64,000 nucleotides of DNA from Candidatus Binatia bacterium (lineage in GTDB: Bacteria; Desulfobacterota; Binatia; HRBIN30). Position numbers and translations under genes: made by a program. The stretch lies in assembly GCA_038245295.1 (NCBI GenBank), contig JBBRSP010000013.1, positions 64,001-128,000 on the forward strand. The letters run 5' to 3'. This document shows, in pieces, positions 19,248 through 29,121 of the stretch; position 1 is the first letter of the stretch; every line of letters begins with the position of its first letter. Under the pieces are notes generated by a model that saw only the letters and a program-made list of their open reading frames with translations, was not told the origin of the DNA and searched no databases.

Positions 19248-19997
19248 ATGTCCGGTCACTCCAAGTGGTCGACGATCAAGCACAAGAAGGCCGCGACCGA
19301 TGCCAAGCGCGGCAAGCTCTTCACCAAGTTGATCAAAGAGCTCACCGTCGCCGCGCGCATGGGTGGTGGCGACATCAACGGCAACCCGCGCTTGCGGACC
19401 GCTGTGCAGACGGCACGGGCAGCCAGTATGCCGAGCGAGAACATCGAGCGCGCCATTAAGAAGGGCACGGGCGAGCTCGAGGGTGTGCACTACGAGGAGG
19501 TTGCCTACGAGGGCTACGGAGCCGGTGGTGTCGCCATCATCGTCAACGTTCTGACCGACAACCGCAATCGCTCGGTGGCAGAGATCCGCAAGCTCTTCGA
19601 GCGCCGCGGCGGCAACATGGGGGCTGCCGGGTGTGTTGCCTGGATGTTCAAAAAGAAGGGTGTCCTGGCCGTCGAGAAGGGCAAGGCCGACGAGGAGAAG
19701 ATCATCGATGTGGCCCTCGAAGCGGGTGCCGACGATGTGCACGATCATGCCGAGTACTTTGAAATCGTAACGGCCCCCGACACGTTTGATGATGTCCGCG
19801 ATGCTCTCCAGAATGCCAAGATTGAAACGGCGAGTGCCGAGGTGGCGCTTGTGCCGGACACCACCGTGAGTGTCAGCGGCAAAGATGCCGAGCACGTCGT
19901 CAAGTTGCTCGACGAGCTCGATGATCATGACGATGTCCAGACCGTGGCTTCCAATGCCGATCTCTCCAACGCCGATACCGACCGGTTGAGCGCCTAG
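19248..19997 (+). CDS. yebC: YebC/PmpR family protein
   Basis: MSGHSKW...YEGYG...TDNRNR; canonical position before ruvCAB. Confidence 0.97.
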   Translation: MSGHSKWSTIKHKKAATDAKRGKLFTKLIKELTVAARMGGGDINGNPRLRTAVQTARAASMPSENIERAIKKGTGELEGVHYEEVAYEGYGAGGVAIIVNVLTDNRNRSVAEIRKLFERRGGNMGAAGCVAWMFKKKGVLAVEKGKADEEKIIDVALEAGADDVHDHAEYFEIVTAPDTFDDVRDALQNAKIETASAEVALVPDTTVSVSGKDAEHVVKLLDELDDHDDVQTVASNADLSNADTDRLSA

Positions 19998-20005
19998 GCA
20001 GCATC

Positions 20006-20548
20006 ATGCGAGTGCTGGGCATCGACCCGGGAACCGTGGTCACCGGATGGGGCGTCATCGAAGAGCAGGGCCCCAAGCTCTTGCGTGTCGCCAGCGGTGT
20101 CATTCGAAACCGCGGAACTCTGCCTGAGCGACTGGCCCACATCTTCGACGAAACCGCCGCAATCTTCGCGCAACACACGCCGCAATGGATCAGTCTCGAA
20201 AAGACTTTTGTCGGCGACAACGTGCAGAGCGCCTTCCGGCTCGGCGAAGCCCGCGGCGCCATCCTGGTTGCTGCTGCCCATGCCGGTGTCGAAGTGCGCG
20301 AATATAGCCCGGCTGAAATCAAGGTTGCCGTTGCCGGTAGCGGCCGCGCCAGTAAGGAGCAGATGCAGATCATGGCGGCACGCTTGCTCGGCATCGACGA
20401 GCCTCTGCTGGCCGACGAAGCCGACGCGCTCGGTGCGGCCATGTGCCATCTGCAGACAATGCGTTTCGCGTCGAAGGTCAGCGACGCCTCGGCCGTTCTT
20501 CTGCTGGCCCAACGTCGCTCGCGTCGCCGCGTCGCGCGCTGGCGCTGA
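20006..20548 (+). CDS. ruvC: Holliday junction resolvase RuvC
   Basis: LGIDPG, ARG, GRASKEQ, DEADAL. Confidence 0.96.
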   Translation: MRVLGIDPGTVVTGWGVIEEQGPKLLRVASGVIRNRGTLPERLAHIFDETAAIFAQHTPQWISLEKTFVGDNVQSAFRLGEARGAILVAAAHAGVEVREYSPAEIKVAVAGSGRASKEQMQIMAARLLGIDEPLLADEADALGAAMCHLQTMRFASKVSDASAVLLLAQRRSRRRVARWR

Positions 20549-20592
20549 GTGCTCTCGCCACGACCGCCGATGCTCGCTAGAGTCCCGCCGCA

Positions 20593-21183
20593 ATGATCGC
20601 CCAACTGACCGGCACCCTGGCGTATAAATCGCCCGAGTATCTCATCGTCGATGTCGGCGGCGTCGGCTATCAGGTCTTCGTCTCGCTCAATAGTTTTTAC
20701 AAGATCGGTGAGTGCGGGGCAGCCGTGCGCCTCGCCGTCCACACCCACGTGCGCGAAGACGCGTTGCATCTGTTCGGTTTCGTCGACCCGGCCGAGAAGG
20801 GGCTGTTCCTCCTGCTTGTCGCCGTGTCGGGCGTCGGGCCGAAGCTGGCGCTCAATATTCTCTCGGGGATGCCCACCGAGGAGCTGCGCGCCGCCCTGCA
20901 AGCGGGCGACCTGGCGCGCCTGGTTCGTATTCCGGGAATCGGCAAGAAGACTGCGGAACGCCTCGTGCTGGAGCTGCGCGACAAGATCAAATCGATCGAC
21001 GGCGTCGCCGCCGCAGCGCCGCTGCCGACCGGGGAAGGTATCGACAGCGAGGCGGTCTCGGCGCTGATCAACCTCGGATACCGTCAGGTCGACGCCGAGA
21101 AGGCCGTCAAGACAGCCCGCGGCGCCGGCGCCACGACGTTGGAAGCGATCATTCGTACGGCTCTGCGGCAGGTCGTCGCATGA
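20593..21183 (+). CDS. ruvA: Holliday junction DNA-binding protein RuvA
   Basis: [36 protein letters not shown]. Confidence 0.96.
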   Translation: MIAQLTGTLAYKSPEYLIVDVGGVGYQVFVSLNSFYKIGECGAAVRLAVHTHVREDALHLFGFVDPAEKGLFLLLVAVSGVGPKLALNILSGMPTEELRAALQAGDLARLVRIPGIGKKTAERLVLELRDKIKSIDGVAAAAPLPTGEGIDSEAVSALINLGYRQVDAEKAVKTARGAGATTLEAIIRTALRQVVA

Positions 21184-22223
21184 GCGACGACGAACGCGGG
21201 ATCCTCGGGCGCGCCGTCGCCGATGACGACCAGGCGCTCGACAATACGCTGCGCCCGCCGAGCCTCGAGGAGTACGTCGGGCAGGAGAATCTCAAGGCCA
21301 ATCTGCGCGTTGCTGTGGACGCGGCGAAGGGGCGCGGCGAGAGCCTCGATCATCTACTGTTGTATGGTCCGCCCGGGCTCGGCAAGACCTCGCTGGCGCA
21401 CATCATTGCGCGGTCGATGGGTGTGAATATCCGCTCGACGTCGGGCCCCGTCATCGAACGCGCCGGAGACCTCGCCGCCATTCTCACCAACCTCGAGGAA
21501 GGTGATGTCTTGTTCATCGACGAGATCCATCGCCTCAGCCGCATCGTCGAGGAGGTCTTGTACCCGGCGATGGAAGACTTTCAGATCGACGTGCTGATCG
21601 GGCAGGGTCCGTCGGCGCGCTCGATCAAGCTCGATCTGAAACGTTTCACGCTCATCGGCGCCACGACGCGCGTCGGGCTTCTAACGTCGCCGCTGCGTGA
21701 TCGCTTCGGCGTGAACTTCCGCCTCGACTTCTACACGCCGGAAGAATTGGGCACGATCGTCAAACGGTCGGCGCGTATCCTCAACGTTCCGATCGAGGCA
21801 TCGGGGGCAGTCGAGATCGCCCGCCGCTCGCGCGGTACGCCGCGAATTGCGAACCGCCTGCTGCGCCGCGTGCGCGATTTCGCGCAGGTGCGCGCCGACG
21901 GCGTCATCACGGCGGCGGTTGCCGATCAAGCGCTTTTGATGTTGGAAGTCGACAAACGCGGCTTCGACAAGATGGACCGTGCCCTGCTGCTGACGATCAT
22001 TGACAAATTCGGCGGCGGCCCCGTCGGTGTCGAAACCCTCGCCGCGGCCATCGGAGAAGAGCGCGATACGATCGAGGACGTTTATGAGCCGTTCCTCATC
22101 CAGGAGGGCTTCCTCAGTCGCACCCCGCGCGGTCGCATGGCGACGGTGGCGGCCTACGAACACTTCGAACGTCCCGTACGCCAAGCGGCGACGGACCTAC
22201 AAGGCAAACTCTTCGGACGGTGA
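21180..22223 (+). CDS. ruvB: Holliday junction helicase RuvB
   Basis: [28 protein letters not shown] overlap with ruvA. Confidence 0.97.
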   Translation: MSDDERGILGRAVADDDQALDNTLRPPSLEEYVGQENLKANLRVAVDAAKGRGESLDHLLLYGPPGLGKTSLAHIIARSMGVNIRSTSGPVIERAGDLAAILTNLEEGDVLFIDEIHRLSRIVEEVLYPAMEDFQIDVLIGQGPSARSIKLDLKRFTLIGATTRVGLLTSPLRDRFGVNFRLDFYTPEELGTIVKRSARILNVPIEASGAVEIARRSRGTPRIANRLLRRVRDFAQVRADGVITAAVADQALLMLEVDKRGFDKMDRALLLTIIDKFGGGPVGVETLAAAIGEERDTIEDVYEPFLIQEGFLSRTPRGRMATVAAYEHFERPVRQAATDLQGKLFGR

Positions 22224-22299
22224 GGGCCGGAGATGCTGGAAGACAAGATCCCCTCTCCCGTGAAGACGACCTGGCGACCCGCATGAGGAGTTCCTTCCT

Positions 22300-22512
22300 G
22301 TGAACGAAATCGGCCGTACCCTGGTCCTGCTCGGCCTCGGCCTCGTCGCCATCGGCGCTTTCCTCATCCTGTCGGGCAAGCTAGCAGGGCTCGGACGACT
22401 GCCCGGCGACTTCTCCTACGAGAGCGACAATGTGAAAGTGTATTTCCCTTTGGCGACATCGCTCGTGCTGAGCGCCATCGTGACGATACTATTGTACTTC
22501 TTTCGCCGTTAG
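22300..22512 (+). CDS. DUF2905 family small membrane protein
   Basis: GRLPGD...YFPLATS motif; usual neighbour of ruvB. Confidence 0.85.
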   Translation: MNEIGRTLVLLGLGLVAIGAFLILSGKLAGLGRLPGDFSYESDNVKVYFPLATSLVLSAIVTILLYFFRR

Positions 22513-22554
22513 CGGCACGCCCCGCTCCCACCTTCGTGAGATTGGCTGCAAGGT

Positions 22555-23067
22555 TCATCCGCGCACGCGTTCTTGTTGCAGCAGTTGCTTCTCCTCGGCG
22601 TTCATCTTGTCGCGGATGCGTGAGCCCTTGCCGAGATGCCGAACACTTCGTTCGCCACCTTCCGAGAAGAATTCTTCATAGGCCTCGGCAGGAACATACT
22701 CGTCGGGTTTCTTGTCGCCGATGGGAATGCCGAGGAGCTCTTCGACCAGCGCCACGTCGTACATGCGGACGGCGTCGTAGTCGGTGAGCAGGGCGCACAC
22801 TTCGACACAGATGTAACAGCCGATACACTCGAGAAAGCGATCTTGCACCGGCTGCACGCCGCGCCCGGCGAGCGTGTTGTCGCGTAGGTACTCGATGCAC
22901 TGCACCGGGCAAAACTCCGGGCACTTGCCGCACGGAAAACACAGGTTCATATCCATGAACGCGACCTCGCGTGGTCGTTTCTTCTTCTCGCTGATCTCGT
23001 CGGGCCACGGCGCTTCCGGAACACGTTCTTCCTTCAATCGGCGCTTGATAATGTCGATGGCAGCCAT
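22555..23067 (-). CDS. 4Fe-4S dicluster ferredoxin-like protein
   Basis: CFPCGKCPEFCP and CIGCYICVEVC; GGAGG RBS. Confidence 0.8.
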   Translation of the reverse strand: MAAIDIIKRRLKEERVPEAPWPDEISEKKKRPREVAFMDMNLCFPCGKCPEFCPVQCIEYLRDNTLAGRGVQPVQDRFLECIGCYICVEVCALLTDYDAVRMYDVALVEELLGIPIGDKKPDEYVPAEAYEEFFSEGGERSVRHLGKGSRIRDKMNAEEKQLLQQERVRG

Positions 23068-23417
23068 TCTCGCCCTCCGTTTTTCTTACCGGCATTGGTC
23101 ACGGTCTGGGATCAGGGCAACAGTTTCGCGAATTCGGCGCGAAGGGAAGACCTTAAGTGATGGGCCGGGCGGCTACGCCTCTTCGGGGCGGACGTACCTC
23201 ATGGGGGATAATTTCTACAAAGCCACGGTAGACGCGAAGGCCGATTGTCGAGTTTGACGCTGCAATTCCGTGTTCTTTGGCTACGGGCCGGCTCTTGCTT
23301 CGGGGAGAGGCATGTTGAGTCCCCCCGTGAGGCTAGTGATCCGCTGCCGCCCCCCGGCGCGTTGGTGGAATGAGTAATCCTCGATCCGGAGATGGGGGGC
23401 GTTTGCGCCGTCGACAC

Positions 23418-25211
23418 ATGACCGCGGCACGCGTACCTTATTCGGCGAGCCTGGGCACGACGCGTTCCATCGGGTTGTTGGCAGGTGCCGCTCTCCTGGT
23501 GGCGGCTCTATCGCTTGGACGGGCGATCTTTGTTCCACTCGCCCTGGCCGCCATCATCAGCTTCATCCTAATGCGGCCGGTGGTGGCGCTCGAACGGCGT
23601 GGAGTCCCGCGTCTCATCGGTGTCGCCGCTGCGGTCTTCAGTCTGATCGCCCTGGCAGCCAGTTTCGGGTACGTCCTGACGCGGCAGGTCAGCGACTTTG
23701 CGACCCGCCTGCCGCACTACTCGGCCTCGATCAAGTCGAAGCTGTCGACGTTGCGCGACACCCGCCAGGGCGCGATCGGCAGGATTCAGGACTCGATCAA
23801 TCGGCTGAGTGTTGAATTGGAGAAACCGGACGGCGCCGCGAAGCCGGCCGCTCCTGTAACAGCCAACACCGGGCTGCCGCCACAACGCGTTGATGTGGTC
23901 ACCCAACCCCTGACGGACATGGAGCGACTGCGCTCGATTCTCCAGCCGTTTCTGGAATCCGTGAGCACGGTTGGAATCGTTCTGATCTTGGTAATCTTCG
24001 CGCTGATGAAGCGGGAGGACATCCGCAATCGCTTCATCCGGTTGGCCGGTCAGGGTCGAGTAACTGTCACGACGCGGACTCTCGACGAGGCAAGCCAGCG
24101 CATCAGCCAATTCCTGGCGACACAGCTCATCGTCAATCTTGCCTTCGGTGTTTGTATCACCGTTGGCTTGCTGGTGATCGGTGTACCGTTCGCAGTTCTC
24201 TGGGGTGTGATCGCTGCTTTTCTCCGTTTCGTACCCTACCTGGGCTCGCTGTTGTCGATGCTCATGCCGGCGGCACTGGCGTTTGTGGGGTCGCAGGGCT
24301 GGGGGGCGACCATGGCCACGGTATCGTTGTTCTTCGGCCTCGACGCGCTGGTGGGATCGGTGATCGAGCCGGTCTGGATGGGCACTCGCACCGGTGTATC
24401 TTCACTTGCGCTGCTGGTGTCGGCCATGTTCTGGGTTTGGCTCTGGGGGCCGATTGGCCTGGTCTTGTCGACTCCGATGACGGTCTGCCTGGCGGTCGTC
24501 GGGCGTCACGTGCCGGAGCTCGAGTTTCTTGCCATCCTGCTTGGCGACGACCCGCCGCTGAGGCCGGAGATCGGCTTCTACCAACGCCTGCTGGCGGCCG
24601 ATGAAGAAGAGGCCACGAATATCGTTGAGCAAGCTCTGCTCAAGAGCTCGTTGTCGGAGGTGTTTGACTTGGTGATTGGACCGACGCTGGTCCTGGCGGA
24701 GCGCGACCGGCTACGCGGTGCCATCTCCGATACCGAGCACCGCCTGGTTGTGCAAATGACCCTCGAAATTGTCCGCGGCATGCACGGGGACGAGGAGAGC
24801 AGTACGCCGCCTCGCCAACGGCGCATTCTTGGCGCGCCGGCGCGCAGCTCGAGTGACGAGGTCGGGCTGCTGATGTTGGACGAGCTAACGGGCGAGAACT
24901 GGGTTGTCGAAACCGCGACAAGCGGCACGTTGGCATCCGAGATTCTGTCGACCATCGAGAGAACCACACCCGACGTTCTCTGTATCGTTGCATTACCTCC
25001 GAGCGGCATGTCGCAAGCACGCTACATCTGCAAGCGCGTGCGCGCGCGGTTCCCGGCGCTGACCATCTGGGTGTTGCGTGCCGGGATCACTCTTGATCCG
25101 GCCCAGCCGCATCGTTTGATCGCCGACGGGGCAAGCTTGGTCTTCCCCAGCTTTCTGGAGGCCGCCAAGCAATTGGGCACGGCGCCGCCAGTCGCACCCG
25201 TCGGCCACTGA
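23418..25211 (+). CDS. AI-2E (PerM-like) family transporter with C-terminal soluble domain
   Basis: Multiple TM helices, RFVPYLG, WGPIGLVLSTP, FYQRLLA; alternative start 23370. Confidence 0.88.
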   Translation: MTAARVPYSASLGTTRSIGLLAGAALLVAALSLGRAIFVPLALAAIISFILMRPVVALERRGVPRLIGVAAAVFSLIALAASFGYVLTRQVSDFATRLPHYSASIKSKLSTLRDTRQGAIGRIQDSINRLSVELEKPDGAAKPAAPVTANTGLPPQRVDVVTQPLTDMERLRSILQPFLESVSTVGIVLILVIFALMKREDIRNRFIRLAGQGRVTVTTRTLDEASQRISQFLATQLIVNLAFGVCITVGLLVIGVPFAVLWGVIAAFLRFVPYLGSLLSMLMPAALAFVGSQGWGATMATVSLFFGLDALVGSVIEPVWMGTRTGVSSLALLVSAMFWVWLWGPIGLVLSTPMTVCLAVVGRHVPELEFLAILLGDDPPLRPEIGFYQRLLAADEEEATNIVEQALLKSSLSEVFDLVIGPTLVLAERDRLRGAISDTEHRLVVQMTLEIVRGMHGDEESSTPPRQRRILGAPARSSSDEVGLLMLDELTGENWVVETATSGTLASEILSTIERTTPDVLCIVALPPSGMSQARYICKRVRARFPALTIWVLRAGITLDPAQPHRLIADGASLVFPSFLEAAKQLGTAPPVAPVGH

Positions 25212-25217
25212 ACACGT

Positions 25218-26927
25218 TTACGGCACGACGCCGGCCACCTTGAGCGCCTTGTAGGTCGTATAGCCACCGGACAGCGTTCGGGACCGGTAGCCATGCTGTT
25301 TCAGGAATCGAGTGGCGTAGTAGGCGCGCTGTCCGACGGCGCAGCAGGTCCAGATCTCTCTGTCTCTGGGCAGCTCGACGGAGCGGACGCGTAGCTGCGA
25401 CAGCGGTAGGTTGACGGCGTGTGGCAGATGCCCGGCGGCGTACTCGTCGGGCTCGCGCACGTCGAGCAGCAGTGCCTCGGTGTGCTCGAGCTCGCGCCAG
25501 TCGGCCACCGGCATGTCGCCGTTCAGGACGTTCTCGGCGAGCATGCCGGCGAGGTTCACCGGGTCTTTCGCCGCCCCGAACTGAGGAGCGTAACACAACT
25601 CGGTCTCGGCCAGATCGTGTACCGTTCCATTGAATTGAATGGCCGTGGCGATGACATCGATACGTTTCTCGACACCTTCAAACCCTACGGCCTGGGCTCC
25701 GAGAATGCGCCCGTCGGGTACCGAGAAGAGCAACTTTAAGTGAATCGGTTGGGCGCCGGGGTAGTAGCCGGCGTGGTGTCCCGGATGCAGGTAGACTTTC
25801 TCGAAGTTGGTGACGCCGGCGCGCCGTAGGCCCTTCTCGCTGGCGCCGGTGGATGCCACGGTCAGCCCCAGGACGCCCACCACCGCGGTAGCCTGGACAC
25901 CGCGAAATTGCGTCGCGCGTCCGGCGATCGATTCCGCTGAAACCCGACCCTGGCGATTCGCCGGCCCGGCCAATGGCAGCACCGTTTCTTGACCCGTCAG
26001 GACGTCCGGCACTTCGACGACATCACCGACGGCCCAGATGTTGGAATCGGAGGTGCGCATCTGTGCGTCGACGACGATGCCGCCGCGCGCCCCGATCGGC
26101 AAACCGGCTTGCTTGGCCAGGGCCGTCTCCGGACGAACACCGATGGCGAGAATCACGAGATCGGCGTCCAGTCGCGCCCCACTTTCAGCGACGACGATCA
26201 GGCCTCCGTCGGGCTTCGCTTCGATCGCGGCGAGCCCGTCGCCCAAATGGAGTTGCACGCCTTTGGCGGCCAGATGTTCCATGAGCGGTGCGGCGATCTC
26301 GGGATCGAGCGGCGGCATGACCTGCGGTAGTTTCTCCAGAATGGCGACGCCGAGCTCTCGATGGATCAGGTTCTCGACCATCTCCAGGCCAATGAATCCG
26401 CCACCAACCACCACGGCGCGCTTGGCGCGGCGCTCGTCGATCCACGAACGGATGCGGCGCGAGTCGGGGATGGTGCGCACCGCGAAGACGCCGGGTAGGT
26501 CGACTCCGGGTAGCGCCGGTCGGATCGGCGCCGCGCCCGGTGAGAGCACCAGTGCATCGTAGGATTCGATGCGACCGGCACCGGTTTTGAGGTCGCGCAC
26601 GCTGATCGTGCGCGCCTGGCGATCAATTCCCGTGACCTCGGTGTCTGTATACACCTCAACGTTGAACCGGCTGTGAAACAATTCCCGCGACGCAACCAGC
26701 AGCTTGCTCTCGTCGGCGATGACGTTGCCGACAAAGTACGGCAAGCCGCAGTTCGCGAACGAGACGTAGGGGCCGCGATCGAATACGGCGATTTCCAGGG
26801 ACTCGTCGAGACGACGTAGACGCGCGGCGCACGACGCGCCGCCGGCGACACCGCCGACAATGAGGACCCGGCGCGCAATATTCTTGTCGTGCGAGGGATC
26901 TGGCTCCGGAGCAGTATGCTGACTCAT
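25218..26927 (-). CDS. CoA-disulfide/persulfide reductase with rhodanese domain
   Basis: GGVAGG, SFANCGLPY, GGGFIGLE, CYAPQF, C-terminal rhodanese (LDVRE...CCAVGQR). Confidence 0.92.
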   Translation of the reverse strand: MSQHTAPEPDPSHDKNIARRVLIVGGVAGGASCAARLRRLDESLEIAVFDRGPYVSFANCGLPYFVGNVIADESKLLVASRELFHSRFNVEVYTDTEVTGIDRQARTISVRDLKTGAGRIESYDALVLSPGAAPIRPALPGVDLPGVFAVRTIPDSRRIRSWIDERRAKRAVVVGGGFIGLEMVENLIHRELGVAILEKLPQVMPPLDPEIAAPLMEHLAAKGVQLHLGDGLAAIEAKPDGGLIVVAESGARLDADLVILAIGVRPETALAKQAGLPIGARGGIVVDAQMRTSDSNIWAVGDVVEVPDVLTGQETVLPLAGPANRQGRVSAESIAGRATQFRGVQATAVVGVLGLTVASTGASEKGLRRAGVTNFEKVYLHPGHHAGYYPGAQPIHLKLLFSVPDGRILGAQAVGFEGVEKRIDVIATAIQFNGTVHDLAETELCYAPQFGAAKDPVNLAGMLAENVLNGDMPVADWRELEHTEALLLDVREPDEYAAGHLPHAVNLPLSQLRVRSVELPRDREIWTCCAVGQRAYYATRFLKQHGYRSRTLSGGYTTYKALKVAGVVP

Positions 26928-27035
26928 GGGAACTCCAATCGATGAGGCTGTGCTTCATCTAGCAGATCTCGGCGCAACTCGGGCCAGGACACCCGACCAA
27001 TCAACATCTCTCCCGATTTGACTGCCGCGCCGCGG

Positions 27036-27223
27036 GGTAGTGTCTCAGTTTGACCTGTTGGCGGCTGGCGGGTGATGGATCCCATCGCGGAGCGCGCGAC
27101 TCCGTGGCGCCCATCGCTGGAATCCAAACCCGCAGCGGGTCAGGTTCCGTCTCCGGGCGCCACGGAGTGGCGCGCTCCGACTAGAGACCATCGGCGGGCG
27201 TAGATCCCAAAGTGGGACACTAC
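27036..27223. mobile_element. MITE-like element copy 1 (~188 bp, terminal inverted repeats, internal REP doublet)
   Basis: GGTAGTGTCTCAGTTTG ... CAAAGTGGGACACTAC; about 14 mismatches to copy 2 by manual alignment. Confidence 0.8.
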
Positions 27224-27331
27224 GCGCCGCGTGGCGTACTGGACGCGAAGGACCGGGTCGTGTAATTGCGTCCTCGCCCAACTCAAGAAACTGTCGGCGA
27301 CCCGTCTGCGCAGGAACGAGGAGATGTCGGG

Positions 27332-28816
27332 ATGAACGAACGTGCCGCGCTGAATCAACTGCTGTTCAACCGACGCGCTTTGCTGAAGGCGTCTAGCGCC
27401 GCTGCCGCGGGGCTCTTGCTGCCAGCCTGGCTCATCGGTTGTGGTGACGATGGTGAACCGGCGACATCGCAGCAGTCCGTTCCGCAGTTGACTGTCGATC
27501 CGAGTCGACCCTGGTGGCTTCAGAATGGCTTCGGGCCGGTGCTCGACGAAATTGACGCGTCCAATTTGCGTGTCCGCGGCGCCATTCCGCCTCAACTCAA
27601 CGGACTCTACGTGCGCAACGGATCGAATCCTCAAAAGTCGGACTCGCCGCACTGGTTCTTCGGCGATGGTATGGTGCATGGCGTGCGCCTCGAAAACGGT
27701 AACGCGGTGCATTACAGCAATCGCTATGTGCGGACACCACTGTATGAAAACGGGCTCTCGTTTGGCCAAGGTGGTCCGCCGGACAAGGGCAACAACCAGA
27801 GCAATGTCAGCTGCGTCTACCACGCGGGCAAACTGCTCACCTCCGGGGAGATCGGCTTTCCCTATGAGATCAACCCGGCCGACTTGTCGACGGTGGGCGC
27901 CTACAGCTTCGCCAACAAGTTGGTGACGTCCTTCACCGCCCACCCGAAGATCGACCCGGCAACCGGCTACCTGCATTTCTTCGGTTATTGGTACCTACCG
28001 CCGTACCTGACCTACCACGTTGCTGATGCGCAGGGGCACATCATCCACACGCAGCAGATTTCCGTGAAGTCACCGACGATGATCCACTCGTTTGCAATTA
28101 CCGAGACCGATGCCGTCTTCTGGGAGCTCCCGGTGGTGTTCGATCTGCAGGCGGCGCTCAACGGTGAGATCAATCCTTTCAAGTGGACCCCGAGTTACGG
28201 CGCCCGCATCGGTATCATGCCGTTGATGGGCAAGGGGCGGGACATTCGTTGGATCGAGATCGACCCCTGCTACGTCTTTCACGAGGTCAATGCGTATCGC
28301 GAGGGCGACGAGGTGGTCATCGATGTTTGCCGCCTCAACAGCGTCTTCGATGGCAACGATTTGAACAGCGCGATTACCAGTCACCACCGCTGGCGCGTCA
28401 ACACAGCCGGCACGCAGTTGTCGTTTCGCGACCAGGTCGTTTCCGATCGCGCCATCGATCTACCGTCGCATGATCGCCGCTTCACCGGGCGCAAGCATCG
28501 CTACGGTTGGTTTGTGCATACACGGCCGAACCTGGCCACACCGGATCTCGGCGGCATTGCGCGTGTCGACTACCAGACCGGTGCGCTGGCGCTCTGGGAT
28601 CCCGGCGCGGCACGTCACTCGAATGAGCCGTTCTTTGTTCCCGCCGGGGCGGGTGAGGGCGAAGGCTGGTTGCTCAGTTTCGTCTACGATCGCGCCCGCA
28701 ACACCAGCGATCTGGTCATCCTCGACGCCACCAACGTCGCGGCGGGCCCGGTTGCCGAGATCGAGATGCCACGCCGTGTGCCGCACGGCTTCCACGGAGT
28801 CTGGATCCCGGCGTAG
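27332..28816 (+). CDS. Carotenoid oxygenase (RPE65/CCD/LSD) family protein with Tat lipoprotein signal
   Basis: YVRNG, FFGDGMVH, four Fe-ligand His (AHPK, MIHSF, VFHEV, HGFHG), NEPFF; N-terminal NRRALLK...LIGC. Confidence 0.9.
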   Translation: MNERAALNQLLFNRRALLKASSAAAAGLLLPAWLIGCGDDGEPATSQQSVPQLTVDPSRPWWLQNGFGPVLDEIDASNLRVRGAIPPQLNGLYVRNGSNPQKSDSPHWFFGDGMVHGVRLENGNAVHYSNRYVRTPLYENGLSFGQGGPPDKGNNQSNVSCVYHAGKLLTSGEIGFPYEINPADLSTVGAYSFANKLVTSFTAHPKIDPATGYLHFFGYWYLPPYLTYHVADAQGHIIHTQQISVKSPTMIHSFAITETDAVFWELPVVFDLQAALNGEINPFKWTPSYGARIGIMPLMGKGRDIRWIEIDPCYVFHEVNAYREGDEVVIDVCRLNSVFDGNDLNSAITSHHRWRVNTAGTQLSFRDQVVSDRAIDLPSHDRRFTGRKHRYGWFVHTRPNLATPDLGGIARVDYQTGALALWDPGAARHSNEPFFVPAGAGEGEGWLLSFVYDRARNTSDLVILDATNVAAGPVAEIEMPRRVPHGFHGVWIPA

Positions 28817-28858
28817 ATCGCGTAGTTGCGGGCGCGTCGGAGCGCTGCCGCCTTGATT

Positions 28859-29047
28859 GGTAGTGTCCCAGTTTTACCAGTTGGCGGCTGGCGGGTGATG
28901 GATCCCATCGCGGAGCGCGCCACTCCGTGGCGCCTATCGCTGGAATCCAAACCCGTTGCGGGTGAGGTTCCGTCTCCGGGCGCCACGGAGTGGCGCGCTC
29001 CGATTAGAGACCATCGGCGGGCGTGGAACCCAAATTGACACACTACC
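28859..29047. mobile_element. MITE-like element copy 2 (~189 bp)
   Basis: GGTAGTGTCCCAGTTT ... AAATTGACACACTACC; same orientation as copy 1. Confidence 0.8.
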
Positions 29048-29121
29048 GATTAGTTCCTTCGCGTTGCCGCGTTTCAGCAATGCCTGCTAGAGGTGAGCGG
29101 TTCGGGTCGGGAGGGGCGTCG

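Noticed and set aside
20712..21179. 156-aa N-terminal extension of RuvB
   Set aside because: Overlaps ruvA out of frame; the true start is ATG 21180
27036..29047. CRISPR array or proven composite transposon
   Set aside because: Only two long repeats, no spacers or cas genes; no transposase and no unique TSD around the whole unit beyond TA
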